Below the pieces are notes generated by a model. That model worked only from the letters and a program-made list of their open reading frames with translations, did no database searches and had not been told where the DNA came from. Positions 39,790-50,346 of a stretch of 64,000 bases of DNA are shown here, in pieces; position 1 is the first letter of the stretch; every line of letters starts with the position of its first letter. Source of the DNA: an uncultured Bacteroidales bacterium. Its GTDB lineage: Bacteria; Bacteroidota; Bacteroidia; Bacteroidales; S143-33. Made by a program: the position numbers and the translations under genes. The stretch covers positions 3,094-67,093 of the forward strand of contig CAZYSM010000008.1 of assembly GCA_964649975.1 (NCBI GenBank). The letters are read 5' to 3'.

Positions 39790-41115
39790 ATGGATTACCA
39801 ACAAGTTCTGGATTACCTTTATAGTCAACTTCCAATGTATCAGCGAGTAGGCGCTGCAGCATATAAACATGATTTAGGCAAAACACTTGAGCTGGACGAG
39901 TATTTTGGGCATCCTCACCGCAAATTTAAAACCATCCACATAGCTGGTACCAACGGAAAAGGATCGGTTGCCCATTCTCTTGCTTCTATCCTCCAGGAGG
40001 CCGGATATAAAACAGGACTTTACACCTCGCCACATTATCTTGATTTTAGGGAACGCATCAAAATAAATGGTGAAAAAATTTCTGAACAATATGTAATAGA
40101 ATTTGTTAATAGCAATAAAAAATTTTTTGAACGTCTCAGGCCTTCCTTTTTTGAAATGACTGTAGCTATGGCGTTCAAATATTTTGCCGAGAGCAATGTG
40201 GATATAGCCGTTATAGAAGTGGGTATGGGCGGAAGGCTGGATTCTACAAACATTATCACTCCCATGGTGTCGGTTATCACTAACATAAGCTACGATCATA
40301 TGCAATTTCTTGGTGAGACATTGCCACAGATAGCCCGGGAAAAAGCTGGAATAATCAAACCGCGTATTCCGGTAGTCATCGGTGCCATGCCAGCTGCTGT
40401 TCAAAGCGTATTCATAGAAAAAGCTACGGAACAGGACGCCCCTATTTATCAAGCTGCCAGTGCTTATTCTGTAGAAAATACTTTTTTGACCAGCGATGGG
40501 AAACTCGCCTTTTCTGTTTATAGCCACGGAAAACTGAAATACAAAAATATGAAATTTGGTCTTACAGGGGATTATCAACGGATGAATATCCCTGTGATTT
40601 TACAAACCATTGATGTACTAAACCAGCATCCTGTTATAAACATTAGCCAGCAAGATCTATATAATGGTATGGAAAAAGTTGTGGAAAATACCGGAATAAT
40701 GGGACGTTGGCAAGTTGTCTCCCGCTCTCCGCTGATAGTATGTGATGCCGGCCACAATGAGGACGGCATCCGTCAGGTGATCGGCCAGATAAAACGTCAG
40801 AAATACCATAGACTCTTCATGGTATTTGGTACAGTCAAAGACAAAAAAATTGACAAAATTTTGCGTCTTCTGCCTTCCAATGCGGAATATGCTTTTGTAA
40901 AATCATCGGTTGACCGCAGCATGGATGCCCCGGTGCTGGCCGGTAAAGCTATGGAATACGGTTTACACGGTCAGGCGTTTGAAAACGTAGAAAAAGCCCT
41001 GGATTATGTTTTAGAACATGCAGGAGAGGAAGATATGATTTTCGTAGGTGGCAGTACCTTTGTAGTAGCTGATGCCCTGTCTTATTTCCAGAAAAAAGGT
41101 TTTAAAACATTCTAA
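39790..41115 (+). CDS. folC: bifunctional folylpolyglutamate synthase / dihydrofolate synthase
   Basis: 441 aa. Mur-ligase P-loop IHIAGTNGKGSV, EVGMGGRLDSTN, ITNISYDHMQFLG. Confidence 0.92.
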   Translation: MDYQQVLDYLYSQLPMYQRVGAAAYKHDLGKTLELDEYFGHPHRKFKTIHIAGTNGKGSVAHSLASILQEAGYKTGLYTSPHYLDFRERIKINGEKISEQYVIEFVNSNKKFFERLRPSFFEMTVAMAFKYFAESNVDIAVIEVGMGGRLDSTNIITPMVSVITNISYDHMQFLGETLPQIAREKAGIIKPRIPVVIGAMPAAVQSVFIEKATEQDAPIYQAASAYSVENTFLTSDGKLAFSVYSHGKLKYKNMKFGLTGDYQRMNIPVILQTIDVLNQHPVINISQQDLYNGMEKVVENTGIMGRWQVVSRSPLIVCDAGHNEDGIRQVIGQIKRQKYHRLFMVFGTVKDKKIDKILRLLPSNAEYAFVKSSVDRSMDAPVLAGKAMEYGLHGQAFENVEKALDYVLEHAGEEDMIFVGGSTFVVADALSYFQKKGFKTF

Positions 41116-41117
41116 AT

Positions 41118-41145
41118 AAAAGACAAAAATGTCTTTTATTTTTTT
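41118..41145 (+). terminator. AT-rich hairpin plus T-tract after folC
   Basis: AAAAGACaaaaatGTCTTTT followed by ATTTTTTTG, starting 3 nt after the stop. Confidence 0.6.
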
Positions 41146-41200
41146 GTATTAAAAATTAAAGCATTAATTTCACAGCCGAAAAAATACTAAACTAAAAAAA

Positions 41201-42304
41201 ATGGCCGGATTAAGAGATGAAATATTAGAAAAGCTCAAAAGCGTACAGGTGCCGGAAAGCAACAAAACTCTGGCAGACCTTGTCAAAGACATCCGTGTTG
41301 CCGACAAGGATATTTTACTGGAGATGGAACTTGACCGTCAGACTGCGGTTCTTCGTCGTTCCATTGAACGTGCCACACGTCAGATACTTGACGCATACAA
41401 GAGTGAGGGCTACAACATAATGCTCAATATTGTTGAAGAAAAACTGCAATTCCAGAAAGTACAAATAAATAAGCCTCCAGCCCAACCGCTGGAAAATGTC
41501 AAAAACATTATAGCCGTAGCTTCGGGTAAAGGCGGAGTAGGCAAATCCACGGTATCAGCTAATCTGGCAGCTGCACTGGCAGCCACTGGTGCAAAAGTAG
41601 GCCTTCTGGATGCCGACCTTTATGGCCCGTCCATCCCTACAATGTTCGGCCTGGAAAACGAAAAGCCATTTGTTCAGAAAATTGATGGCAAGGACTACAT
41701 CCTGCCTATCCGCAAATTTGACGTGGATGTAGTTTCCATTGGTTTTTTCATCCGCCCGGAAGATGCTGTTATCTGGCGTGGAGCTATGGCCACTAATGCT
41801 ATCAAACAGCTGCTAACAGATGTTTACTGGGGCGAGCTGGACTACTTCATCATAGACCTGCCTCCGGGCACAGGTGACATTCCGCTCACACTGGTACAGA
41901 CCATACCCATAACTGGTAGTGTGATAGTAACCACTCCACAAAAAGTTGCTATTGCTGATGTCGTCAAAGCTATTAATATGTTCAAAACTGACAAGATTAA
42001 TGTGCCAATACTGGGCATTATAGAAAATATGGCGTGGTTCTCTCCTGCCGAATGTCCGGATAACAAATACTATCTCTTTGGCAAAGGTGGCGGAGAAAAA
42101 CTCTCACGTGAATATAACATTCCTCTACTGGGACAGGTACCAATGATTATGAGTATTGTTGAAGATAGCGACAACGGACTGCCTACAGTGCTCAAGCAGG
42201 ATAGTCCTTATAATAAATACTTCAACGAGATAGCTCAAAAGCTCATTGAGGAAGTGGACAAACGCAACAAGAACCTGCCACCAACGGAGATATTGAAAAT
42301 CTGA
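41201..42304 (+). CDS. apbC: Mrp/NBP35-family iron-sulfur cluster carrier ATPase
   Basis: 367 aa. DUF59-like N-terminus and deviant Walker A IAVASGKGGVGKST. CxxC-equivalent region ENMAWFSPAECPDNKYYLFG. Confidence 0.9.
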   Translation: MAGLRDEILEKLKSVQVPESNKTLADLVKDIRVADKDILLEMELDRQTAVLRRSIERATRQILDAYKSEGYNIMLNIVEEKLQFQKVQINKPPAQPLENVKNIIAVASGKGGVGKSTVSANLAAALAATGAKVGLLDADLYGPSIPTMFGLENEKPFVQKIDGKDYILPIRKFDVDVVSIGFFIRPEDAVIWRGAMATNAIKQLLTDVYWGELDYFIIDLPPGTGDIPLTLVQTIPITGSVIVTTPQKVAIADVVKAINMFKTDKINVPILGIIENMAWFSPAECPDNKYYLFGKGGGEKLSREYNIPLLGQVPMIMSIVEDSDNGLPTVLKQDSPYNKYFNEIAQKLIEEVDKRNKNLPPTEILKI

Positions 42305-42308
42305 CAAC

Positions 42309-42339
42309 AAAACGGGGCTGTATGAAGCAGCCCCGTTTT
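42309..42339. terminator. bidirectional hairpin terminator between convergent genes
   Basis: AAAACGGGGCTGtatgaagCAGCCCCGTTTT: 12-bp stem including the A/T flanks. Confidence 0.8.
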
Positions 42340-42340
42340 G

Positions 42341-43054
42341 TTATGGTAAAGGTAATAATACAGGTTGATCCTTTTTAATCACAACAAGCGAATGGGAAAA
42401 AAATCCGCAAATAGCTGTTAGGCCTTTTACCGGATAAACAAGGCTATCAGCATAATATATTCCAGCCGGAGAGAGAACAAAAAGACGTCCATCGTAAACA
42501 TAAAAATCCCTCGCTTTAAGAAAAGCTTTCTCCTTATGTATGTTAAACAAATTATCTACTGAAAATATCCCTTTATCACCCATAAAATACAGGTGATTAT
42601 CGGCAAATATTAAGTTTTTTACTTTTGATGTAAGATAATCCAGGGAAATACGGTAATCTATCTGTGCCAGTTTACGGTTTATACGGTATAACGAGTTAGT
42701 AAAACTATCATAAATCCAGAAAAAATTAATATCCTCTACAGCTATCTGGCCAGGAGAATATATACCCAACAGGTGCAAATCCATCTGCTGCAAATCATTC
42801 AATTTATTATCCAGGAACAGGACAGTACCATTATCAAACAACACAGCATTTATTATACACGAAAAAGAATACAAATCAATAACAGAAGCCTGGGTAAAAT
42901 CATTATAAAAAAATTCCTTGCCTTTACTGGTTTTCAAAGACAAAACCTGTCCGGAATTACAAAATAGGCAACCGGCAGTAGCAACACATTGGTTATTATA
43001 CGCAGGAGAAAAGAATAATGCAGAAGCCAGAAAAAAAGTCAATACCCTAATCAT
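42341..43054 (-). CDS. hypothetical secreted protein
   Basis: 237 aa with signal peptide MIRVLTFFLASALFFSPAYN. Its start overlaps the dacB stop by 8 nt. Confidence 0.5.
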   Translation of the reverse strand: MIRVLTFFLASALFFSPAYNNQCVATAGCLFCNSGQVLSLKTSKGKEFFYNDFTQASVIDLYSFSCIINAVLFDNGTVLFLDNKLNDLQQMDLHLLGIYSPGQIAVEDINFFWIYDSFTNSLYRINRKLAQIDYRISLDYLTSKVKNLIFADNHLYFMGDKGIFSVDNLFNIHKEKAFLKARDFYVYDGRLFVLSPAGIYYADSLVYPVKGLTAICGFFSHSLVVIKKDQPVLLPLP

Positions 43055-44462
43055 TTCTAAAAATTGTAGTTAAAAAATTAACGATTTCTCTGCGAGCAAC
43101 AGCTTGAGAGCATGTGAAATCATTAAGCATAATCACCACGGAATACACATTACCTTTTTTGTCAAAGAAATATCCTGCATAATTACGCACCCGACGCATT
43201 GATCCGCTCTTGGCATAAAAATGATCCTGCAAAAGTGTTCTACGTCCAATATATTTAAGTGTTCCGCTATTGCCAGCTACAGGCAAGGAAGTGAGGAAGT
43301 TATCAAAATTCCGGCTATGATAAATACTCTCTAATACCGAAGCCATTAGCCCAGGGGTAAGAACATTATACCGACTCAATCCGCTCCCGTCGTACAATAT
43401 CATCTGACTGGTATCCACACCACGGGAAGCCCAGAAATTGTATAATGCAGTAATTCCGGTGCGTGTATCCGCAGTATCGGCATATTTCAAAGCCAGATGC
43501 TTTAACAAAACCTCAGCATAAAGGTTGACACTCTTATGATTGGTAATCTGTATAATTTGCAATAACGAAGGAGAATAGAGGGTAAACAAATTAACCATAG
43601 TATCAGCCCGGGCAGTACACGCCTTGCCCTCAATAATGATTCCTGCAGTATCCAGTGCTTCACGGATAAGTTGAGCGAAAAACAAGGGCGGGTCTGGGAT
43701 AGCCCCTTTTACAATAAATTCCTTACGGTGTGCGGGCAGCCGGCCCACAATACTTCTTTCCATACAGCCCGGCGATCCAATGATATAAGACTGGTCCGAG
43801 CGGATATAGGCTGATCTTACATAAGAATGTAACTTTAATCCAGGTATTTGCGGAACAATAGTTATAATCCGTGCAGGCTGTCCCGGAGAAAAGGTGCGCA
43901 TGACAAGGCGGTAGGTGTTATCATAAATGCATAAAGCAGTAGGGGCAGCACCATAATAATTCCCCAGGTCCTCCCAAGTCCATTTCGCTGGGGTGGGCAG
44001 AGGATCAAAATAAGAAGCATCAGCTACAATATTCCCTTTTATTTGCTTTATTCCAGCCTCTTTAACAGCCTCAACAAAAGAACTAAGGAACATGGTATCA
44101 TCAAAATTTTCCGAACCAGTAGTAGGGTCACCATAGCCTTTGATGATCAAATCTCCATACAAAATGCTATCTTTTATTACCCCATTGTATCCCAGATTAG
44201 TATGAAATCTATATGAAGGTCCGAAAATATCCAGAGAAGCAAAAGTGGTCAAGATTTTCTGCACCGAAGCAGGTATCAAAAACTTATCGGAATTATAATC
44301 CACTAATAAGCGAGAATGTGACAGATCCTTAATTACTATCCCTACACGCCCTTGAACAAAATATGGTTTGGATACAAAATCACGGACATATCTCTGATAA
44401 TCTTGTGCAAAGGACAGGGTGGAGCTAAAAAGCATCAATATTGCTAACACTTTATTAATCAT
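43047..44462 (-). CDS. dacB: D-alanyl-D-alanine carboxypeptidase/endopeptidase (PBP4, peptidase S13)
   Basis: 471 aa. SxxK motif PASVQKILT, YDGSGLSRYN, and KSG triad YAKSGSM. Confidence 0.88.
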   Translation of the reverse strand: MINKVLAILMLFSSTLSFAQDYQRYVRDFVSKPYFVQGRVGIVIKDLSHSRLLVDYNSDKFLIPASVQKILTTFASLDIFGPSYRFHTNLGYNGVIKDSILYGDLIIKGYGDPTTGSENFDDTMFLSSFVEAVKEAGIKQIKGNIVADASYFDPLPTPAKWTWEDLGNYYGAAPTALCIYDNTYRLVMRTFSPGQPARIITIVPQIPGLKLHSYVRSAYIRSDQSYIIGSPGCMERSIVGRLPAHRKEFIVKGAIPDPPLFFAQLIREALDTAGIIIEGKACTARADTMVNLFTLYSPSLLQIIQITNHKSVNLYAEVLLKHLALKYADTADTRTGITALYNFWASRGVDTSQMILYDGSGLSRYNVLTPGLMASVLESIYHSRNFDNFLTSLPVAGNSGTLKYIGRRTLLQDHFYAKSGSMRRVRNYAGYFFDKKGNVYSVVIMLNDFTCSQAVARREIVNFLTTIFRND

Positions 44463-44463
44463 C

Positions 44464-46668
44464 TTACCTGACTATTAAAAGTTTTTTTACACATTTTTGT
44501 TTTCCTTTATCATCACTGCACATAATCAGGTACACGCCCGAAGCCGGGGCATGTCCGCCAAGAGACAGGCCGTTCCATACGACCGTTCCACCAAAGGAAC
44601 GGGCTTCGTAGATAAGATCTCCTTCCACATCAGTAATTTTCACGATAGTATTATTTACCAGGCCTGTAATAGTAATAGGCCCACTATATCCCGGACGCAC
44701 AGGGTTGGGATATATTTTCACCTGAGAAAAATTCTGCTTTGGTACTGAGGCGTCGTTTCTATATGCCAGTACTCCCTGGTCGGTTATGAAATAAAGGTCA
44801 CCAGTGCGAGAATCATAAGAAATGTCATAAACAAAATTGGTACACAGCTTACCATTATTCACACTAAAATGCGCCACTTCGGACAGGCCGTCCGGTGCGA
44901 GCTCAAACACACCGAAAGACGAAGAAGTTACCCATTTCCTATTGCCAGCATCCACCAGCATACGGGTACAACGTGAATTATCCAGCAGATAAGCATATAT
45001 CACTGTATCGTTCAGCTGTACTTGCACTTTGGGACGGATAGCTTTAAAACCAGATGCAGTAAAATCCTGGCCAGTAAGATAGCCCAATCCATCATTAGTG
45101 GAAAACCATAAAACGCCGTCCTTGTCCTCGGCAATGGTATTAATACGCTTACCTATTTTCTGCGAAGGATAAAACAGACGTGCCTGGCCAGTAGAGAGGT
45201 TAATAGCCATCATACCATTACTTAGCATATCGGCATAAAGGAAATTCTGCGAAGTAAAAATAAATCTATCCGTAGATTTGCCTGCAGCCACAGCCGAGGC
45301 CTCCAGAGGCTGCCATGTTCCATCTCTGCTCAAACGTATAACCGGATAATTATCAGAATTATAAATCATCCACAAATTACCCTGATCGTCAAATTTCAAA
45401 TCCGTAATTTTTAAATAACCATTAGTAGGAGAAAAAGGTGCATTTGTAGAATTATAAATTTTAACCACATGGTCATTTTTAATTTCTACCAGGCCCACAC
45501 TATCACTTGACAAAAACCAATGGTCCTCATCGCCAGGGTCAATAGCCATTGTAATAAACTGATTAAGACTGTCAAACACAAGATATCGGGCAGTTGTCTG
45601 GTCATCAATAATGCTAATAACAGCCTTATAACCATAAGCGATATCCTTGCTGTCCGGCTTGTGAAGGAAAAATACCTTTTTGTCCAGAGCTTTAACAAAA
45701 TTCACATTATCGGAAAAAGGCGTAGCCATGGAAATCCTCTGCGCATAATCACGCATTAGTCCTTTAAATCTATCTGCCACAAAGATGGAATTATTAGCAA
45801 TGAGGACATCACGCGCCACAACCGCACTGCCATCATTATAACGATATACTCTGTCAAGCAACGTACCCGAAAGGGAATAAGTTAATATTCCTTCACCAAC
45901 AAAAAAAATCTTATTCTGTTCAATACGCATCCTGTAATCTCCGGCTGTGGAACAAATTTGATAAAATCCAGTATCATTAAAATTAAATACCACTGTATTG
46001 CCATTCTGGAAAGCTGAGACAAACAAGCTATTGCCATCGGTATCCAGCTGTCTGCCTGTAGAAAAAGCAACAAAAGCCCAATTAGCAAAATCGGAAAAAT
46101 TACTGTTTAACGAAATATAATACAAACCTGTGGTAGTGAGAGCATACAAGGTATCATGCAGAATAGTAATATCCTTTACCGAAAGATAACCAAATGAATT
46201 ATAAAAGAATACCGTGTTCAATATGATATTTGAATTACAATTGACATAGACTATTCCGAAATCTGTTGCCATAAAAGCATAATCGCCATAAGGAATAATT
46301 TTATTAATCTTTTTCCTATCCATATCCAGCATTGTATTCAGCCGTATATCCGGGATATTAATGATTTTACCATTTTTTATAATATCAATATCACCCGAGG
46401 CATAACCTATGACCAAATGAGAATTTACATTTGCCATGGCAGTGATTGAAGTATCGGACAAAGCGCCCTGTGCAGAGAGTCTGTCAACACTACCATCATC
46501 AAGGTTATAGGTGAGTATTGCATTTTTACCTGCAGCATAAAGGATATTGCCAACCCTGGCCAAATGATAAAGTCGGTTGACAGAAAAAAAATCAAACCAA
46601 TAATTAACCTGAGCATACGAAAGAAAGCCCAAAAGAGAAAAAAGAAGAGAAACAAAAAAAAATCTCAT
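44464..46668 (-). CDS. double beta-propeller protein with T9SS C-terminal domain, PorZ-like
   Basis: The track ORF runs to 46839, but the Met at 46668 gives signal peptide [20 protein letters not shown] and avoids overlap with gcvH. About 730 aa of propeller-like repeats. C-terminus is [20 protein letters not shown]...[26 protein letters not shown]. The PorZ assignment is from size, architecture and memory. Confidence 0.5.
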   Translation of the reverse strand: MRFFFVSLLFSLLGFLSYAQVNYWFDFFSVNRLYHLARVGNILYAAGKNAILTYNLDDGSVDRLSAQGALSDTSITAMANVNSHLVIGYASGDIDIIKNGKIINIPDIRLNTMLDMDRKKINKIIPYGDYAFMATDFGIVYVNCNSNIILNTVFFYNSFGYLSVKDITILHDTLYALTTTGLYYISLNSNFSDFANWAFVAFSTGRQLDTDGNSLFVSAFQNGNTVVFNFNDTGFYQICSTAGDYRMRIEQNKIFFVGEGILTYSLSGTLLDRVYRYNDGSAVVARDVLIANNSIFVADRFKGLMRDYAQRISMATPFSDNVNFVKALDKKVFFLHKPDSKDIAYGYKAVISIIDDQTTARYLVFDSLNQFITMAIDPGDEDHWFLSSDSVGLVEIKNDHVVKIYNSTNAPFSPTNGYLKITDLKFDDQGNLWMIYNSDNYPVIRLSRDGTWQPLEASAVAAGKSTDRFIFTSQNFLYADMLSNGMMAINLSTGQARLFYPSQKIGKRINTIAEDKDGVLWFSTNDGLGYLTGQDFTASGFKAIRPKVQVQLNDTVIYAYLLDNSRCTRMLVDAGNRKWVTSSSFGVFELAPDGLSEVAHFSVNNGKLCTNFVYDISYDSRTGDLYFITDQGVLAYRNDASVPKQNFSQVKIYPNPVRPGYSGPITITGLVNNTIVKITDVEGDLIYEARSFGGTVVWNGLSLGGHAPASGVYLIMCSDDKGKQKCVKKLLIVR

Positions 46669-46759
46669 GATGCAAAAAGCTTTTTTGAAACAAAAATTTT
46701 CTAAATTTACAGACAAAATTAAGAAATTACACCTTATAAAACTAAAAATAACCAAAGCT

Positions 46760-47140
46760 ATGAATTTACCAGAAGAACTGAGATACTCAAAAGACCACGA
46801 ATGGTTGAGAGTAGAAGGTGATACCGCCGTAGTAGGCATTACCGACTATGCACAGAGTGAGCTGGGTGATATTGTTTTTGTGGAAGTACCCACAGTAGGC
46901 GAGACCCTCTCCCAGGGAGACACTCTGGGTACAATAGAAGCTGTAAAAACTGTTGCCGACGTTTACATGCCTATTGATGGCGAAGTTCTGGAAGTTAACC
47001 CCGAACTTGATTCTACACCAGAACTCATTAACCAGGATCCATACGGTAAGGGCTGGATTGCAAAAATCAAGCTTACCAATCCTGATCAGGTTAATGACCT
47101 GCTCACTGCTGATCAATACAAAGAATTGATAAACGCCTAA
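46760..47140 (+). CDS. gcvH: glycine cleavage system protein H
   Basis: 126 aa from the internal Met: [20 protein letters not shown]...[18 protein letters not shown]...[14 protein letters not shown] (lipoyl-Lys). Confidence 0.95.
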   Translation: MNLPEELRYSKDHEWLRVEGDTAVVGITDYAQSELGDIVFVEVPTVGETLSQGDTLGTIEAVKTVADVYMPIDGEVLEVNPELDSTPELINQDPYGKGWIAKIKLTNPDQVNDLLTADQYKELINA

Positions 47141-47147
47141 GATTTTT

Positions 47148-47173
47148 AGGGCTGCCCCGTAAGGAGCAGCCCT
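47148..47173 (+). terminator. GC-rich hairpin after gcvH (no clear T-tract)
   Basis: AGGGCTGCcccgtaaggaGCAGCCCT: 8-bp stem, 8 nt past the stop. Confidence 0.45.
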
Positions 47174-47188
47174 ACTCAACAGCTATCT

Positions 47189-47803
47189 ATGTATCAAATA
47201 GTCAAAAAAAATATCGGAACATTTGAGTTTCTGAAACAAAAAAATTCTGAGAGGCTATCCAAACGCCTCCTGTCGGTGGAATTTCGTGATATGCCCTTCT
47301 TTCGCTATGCTGTTCTGATGTCTTCGCTTTTGGAAGGTGAATTTTTCTTCCGTGCCCTTATTATTGGAAAAGCTCAACGTCAATATGACCTCACCTGGCT
47401 ATTAAAGGATTTTTCGGTCCATCTTGACTTTGTATCTCAGGATTTTTCTCATTTTGAAATGGAGCCAGAATTATTTAAAGAAGTAAATTTTATAGAAGTT
47501 AATGACATTCTGGATTTTAGAACACAAAACAAATACGAACTTATTGTATTGATTGAAGATTATGAGAAATTCATTGCCAATGAAAAAAAATATTATCAGC
47601 TGCTTTCTTCCCTTGTAAGTTCTATCTCTTCGCGTGTTATTTTCATTCTCAATCATTCTGCCCCAAAACAAGAAAAGGATATTAAGCTAAATATAAACCT
47701 TTCCGGATCTTTCATTAAAACATTTGAATTAAAACATTATTCCGGAGGACAATTACAACTGGTGGATTTCATCGTAGCCACCCGTGGCATTGCCCTAAAA
47801 TAA
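47189..47803 (+). CDS. hypothetical protein
   Basis: 204-aa ORF with no signal peptide and no motif I can name. Confidence 0.4.
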   Translation: MYQIVKKNIGTFEFLKQKNSERLSKRLLSVEFRDMPFFRYAVLMSSLLEGEFFFRALIIGKAQRQYDLTWLLKDFSVHLDFVSQDFSHFEMEPELFKEVNFIEVNDILDFRTQNKYELIVLIEDYEKFIANEKKYYQLLSSLVSSISSRVIFILNHSAPKQEKDIKLNINLSGSFIKTFELKHYSGGQLQLVDFIVATRGIALK

Positions 47804-47822
47804 AACCCTAAAATTTACTACT

Positions 47823-48281
47823 ATGGAAAAACTCATTCGCTTCCTGTTGTTATTCAGCGCTTTTCTTTTTGTAGGCAAAGCCTATGCCCAACATGACATT
47901 ACTGGCTACTGGAAAACAATTGACGATAAGACTCACAAACCAAAGTCAGTTGTCCATATTTATAAAGCTCATGACGGAAAATATTACGGTAAAATTGTTA
48001 AACTATTCCGCGAACCAGGAGAAGACCCCAATCCCAAATGTGATAAATGTCCTGGCGACCGCAGGAATAAACCTATAATAGGAATGGTTATCCTGACCAA
48101 ACTGGAAAAAGTTGGACCCAATAAATGGGATCACGGACGTATCCTTGACCCAGGTAACGGAAATATTTATGACTGCAAGATGTGGCTGGAAAATGGGAAA
48201 CTCCAGGTAAGAGGATATATTGGCTGGAGTCTCATTGGACGTTCACAGCAATGGCTACCATATAAACCAAAGAAAAAATAA
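47823..48281 (+). CDS. DUF2147 domain-containing secreted protein
   Basis: 152 aa with a signal peptide. Contains ITGYWKTIDDKTHKPKSVVHIY...KCDKCPGDRRNKPIIGM...WDHGRILDPGNGNIYDCKMWLENGKLQVRGYIG. Confidence 0.75.
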   Translation: MEKLIRFLLLFSAFLFVGKAYAQHDITGYWKTIDDKTHKPKSVVHIYKAHDGKYYGKIVKLFREPGEDPNPKCDKCPGDRRNKPIIGMVILTKLEKVGPNKWDHGRILDPGNGNIYDCKMWLENGKLQVRGYIGWSLIGRSQQWLPYKPKKK

Positions 48282-48964
48282 TGGACAAACTCACTGCAAT
48301 AATTGTTGCAGGCGGAGTAGGCAAACGTATGGGCAGGTCTGTTCCCAAGCAGTTCCTTTTGCTTGGCGACAGGCCTATTTTGATGCATACCATAGAAAAG
48401 TTTGCCATGGCCTATGATCATATTGACCTTGACATTATCGTTGTGATGCATCCGGATTATCACGACTACTGGAAGGATTTAATTCACCACTATAACTTTA
48501 ACATACCCCACACGCTGGCCGACGGCGGAAAAGAACGTTTTTTCTCCGTCCGTAACGGGCTAAAACGTGCCAGCCAGCACGGACTAATAGCCGTGCACGA
48601 TGGAGTGCGTCCTTTGATAAGCACTGATTTTCTGCAAAAAATATACGAGGAAGCCATAGAATACGGAAATGCTGTGCCATACATCCGTCCTAAAAACAGC
48701 GTAAGAATTGAGGAAAACGGACATAATCATGCAATAGACCGCAACACAGTCCGGCTGATACAAACTCCCCAACTCTTTCCGGCAGCAGAACTTAAACAGG
48801 CTTATAAACAAGAATATAAATCACATTTCACCGATGATGCCACTGTTTATGAAAGTCTCGGACAGACCATACATCTAATTGAAGGCGAGGAACAAAATAT
48901 AAAAATCACCACGGAAACAGACCTGTATCTGGCCGAAATAATTTTATCAAAAGCAGGGCAATAA
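48281..48964 (+). CDS. ispD: 2-C-methyl-D-erythritol 4-phosphate cytidylyltransferase
   Basis: 227 aa. Contains AIIVAGGVGKRMGRSVPKQFL and VHDGVRPL. Its ATG shares one base with the upstream stop. Confidence 0.92.
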   Translation: MDKLTAIIVAGGVGKRMGRSVPKQFLLLGDRPILMHTIEKFAMAYDHIDLDIIVVMHPDYHDYWKDLIHHYNFNIPHTLADGGKERFFSVRNGLKRASQHGLIAVHDGVRPLISTDFLQKIYEEAIEYGNAVPYIRPKNSVRIEENGHNHAIDRNTVRLIQTPQLFPAAELKQAYKQEYKSHFTDDATVYESLGQTIHLIEGEEQNIKITTETDLYLAEIILSKAGQ

Positions 48965-48966
48965 TT

Positions 48967-48997
48967 TTTGGGATAAAAAAATTATTTTTTATTTTTG
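48967..48997 (+). promoter_or_regulatory. Bacteroidota-type promoter for tRNA-Leu
   Basis: TTTG-N19-TATTTTTGca ends 12 nt before the tRNA 5' end. It has the same architecture and the same -7 octamer as the tRNA-Thr promoter at 17148..17178. Confidence 0.6.
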
Positions 48998-49009
48998 CAC
49001 TGCCAATTT

Positions 49010-49093
49010 GCCCGGGTGGCGGAATTGGTAGACGCGCTGGACTCAAAATCCAGTGGCCGCAAGGCCGTGCGGGTTCGACTCCCGCCCCGGGTA
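49010..49093 (+). tRNA. tRNA-Leu (anticodon CAA)
   Basis: 84-nt class II tRNA. Acceptor GCCCGGG/CCCGGGT, anticodon loop CTCAAAA, long variable arm TGGCCGCAAGGCCGT, T-arm GCGGGTTCGACTCCCGC. Confidence 0.92.
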
Positions 49094-49097
49094 CACA

Positions 49098-49136
49098 ACA
49101 GCGAGGATGACAGTCATCCTCGCTGTTTGTATTATT
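49098..49136 (+). terminator. intrinsic terminator after tRNA-Leu
   Basis: 13-bp stem ACAGCGAGGATGA/TCATCCTCGCTGT with a 3-nt loop, followed by TTGTATTATTT. Confidence 0.8.
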
Positions 49137-50346
49137 TACGATAATTAATTTTTTGCAGACTGCCTGTCCAGGGATTAAAATAAATTTCCACATCCGGATT
49201 ACTAAGTAAACTAAGGGGCAAACGCGCCACAACTCCTGCCTGTGGTAAAAACAGGTGTTTCTGTGCTACCAGTCTCTCCCCTACTTTTATCTGCACAGAG
49301 ACCAGTTCGGGAATACGATAAGCCAGTCCGTTATAGTTAGCCTTAACACCCTCTACTCTACGGAGCAAATCCTGTGTCTGGTAAAAGTTGCGTAATCCCT
49401 CAGTTGTCCCCATTGTTTTAATGATAAGATAAACGGGATCTCCCCGCATATCAGTTGGAGGAAGAAGGCCGTAATGAGGCGAAAAACGGTAAATTATCCG
49501 CTCGGTAATATGATTTTTTATTTTCGGAGTCCACTGATAACGGTAATGATAATTTGTTTTGTCCACTCGCCCAATAAACAGGGATAAATACTGGCGTTCC
49601 AGCTTATCAATTCCAGCTATCATTTCTTTAAGAGCCAATCCATCAGGCAAATAGTCGCTATCACCTTCCCCTACCAACAGAGCATTACGATCATCCCTGA
49701 GCGAGAAAATCTCATCCGCTATTTCCCTGGCCTGCTCTCGCACGGTTTTTTGTATCAAACGCTTTTTTATAATAGGCACTACACGACGGATCGTATCAAA
49801 TGTTTCTACTTTGAAAACCGTATCATAGACCTCTTTGTATCCACGATCCACAGTAACAATATTTTGTCCGATGGACTGCAATTTTTCCTGATTAACAAAC
49901 TGCTCAAAGCCATAATCCTGTTTATACACCGTATCATCATTAGCATTAATAGAGGCCAAAAAGCCCTCTGGCGTGAGGTTCACTGCAAAAATCCACGGCA
50001 TATTACCAGTAATAAGCCATAAATTCTGCGTATCTCTCACGGCACGAGTGTCAATATTAACCCCGCTTATCTCCCAGTAAGTTTTATTTTGCCTTATTAC
50101 ATCCACATTGCCCAAAAACTCTGAAGCATAATCGGCAAAAGGTCCTTTTTTCTCCTCAACTTTTGTAATTCTGAAATTAACAATCAAGCTGGTCTGTGGT
50201 AAATAATACGCTATCCCAGGCTTTTTATACGCATTAATATTAGCTATGTTATCAACCTCAACCGACAAGCGAGGAGCACAAGCAGAAAATAGCACTATTA
50301 GTGCAAACACAAATAATATCCGGTATAAGGAAAGGTTATTCCTCAT
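49132..50346 (-). CDS. hypothetical lipoprotein (about 404 aa)
   Basis: The internal Met at 50346 gives lipobox MRNNLSLYRILFVFALIVLFSAC. The track ORF extends to 50430. Confidence 0.55.
   Translation of the reverse strand: MRNNLSLYRILFVFALIVLFSACAPRLSVEVDNIANINAYKKPGIAYYLPQTSLIVNFRITKVEEKKGPFADYASEFLGNVDVIRQNKTYWEISGVNIDTRAVRDTQNLWLITGNMPWIFAVNLTPEGFLASINANDDTVYKQDYGFEQFVNQEKLQSIGQNIVTVDRGYKEVYDTVFKVETFDTIRRVVPIIKKRLIQKTVREQAREIADEIFSLRDDRNALLVGEGDSDYLPDGLALKEMIAGIDKLERQYLSLFIGRVDKTNYHYRYQWTPKIKNHITERIIYRFSPHYGLLPPTDMRGDPVYLIIKTMGTTEGLRNFYQTQDLLRRVEGVKANYNGLAYRIPELVSVQIKVGERLVAQKHLFLPQAGVVARLPLSLLSNPDVEIYFNPWTGSLQKINYRK

Noticed and set aside
46669-46839. N-terminal extensions of track ORFs (44464..46839, 22354..22887, 49132..50430, 59179..59973, 61217..62299, 56772..57485, 46667..47140, 52036..53256, 57621..58595, 62181..62549)
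   Set aside because: In each case an internal Met yields a canonical signal peptide, lipobox or family-typical N-terminus, and it removes overlap with the neighbouring divergent gene. The extensions read as non-coding sequence.
26777-47173. GC-rich hairpins sharing GGCTGCCC(C) cores (26777, 47148, 62557; also 4103 and 42309) as a possible REP/MITE-like repeat family
   Set aside because: Each sits directly after a stop codon, is a single hairpin with A/T tracts, and shares only 8-10 nt with the others. This is consistent with ordinary intrinsic terminators in an AT-rich genome rather than a dispersed mobile repeat.
49010-49093. tRNA-Leu as a genomic-island insertion site
   Set aside because: The flanks are ispD and ordinary envelope genes. 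There is no integrase and no duplicated tRNA 3' segment nearby. The hairpin after it is a normal terminator.
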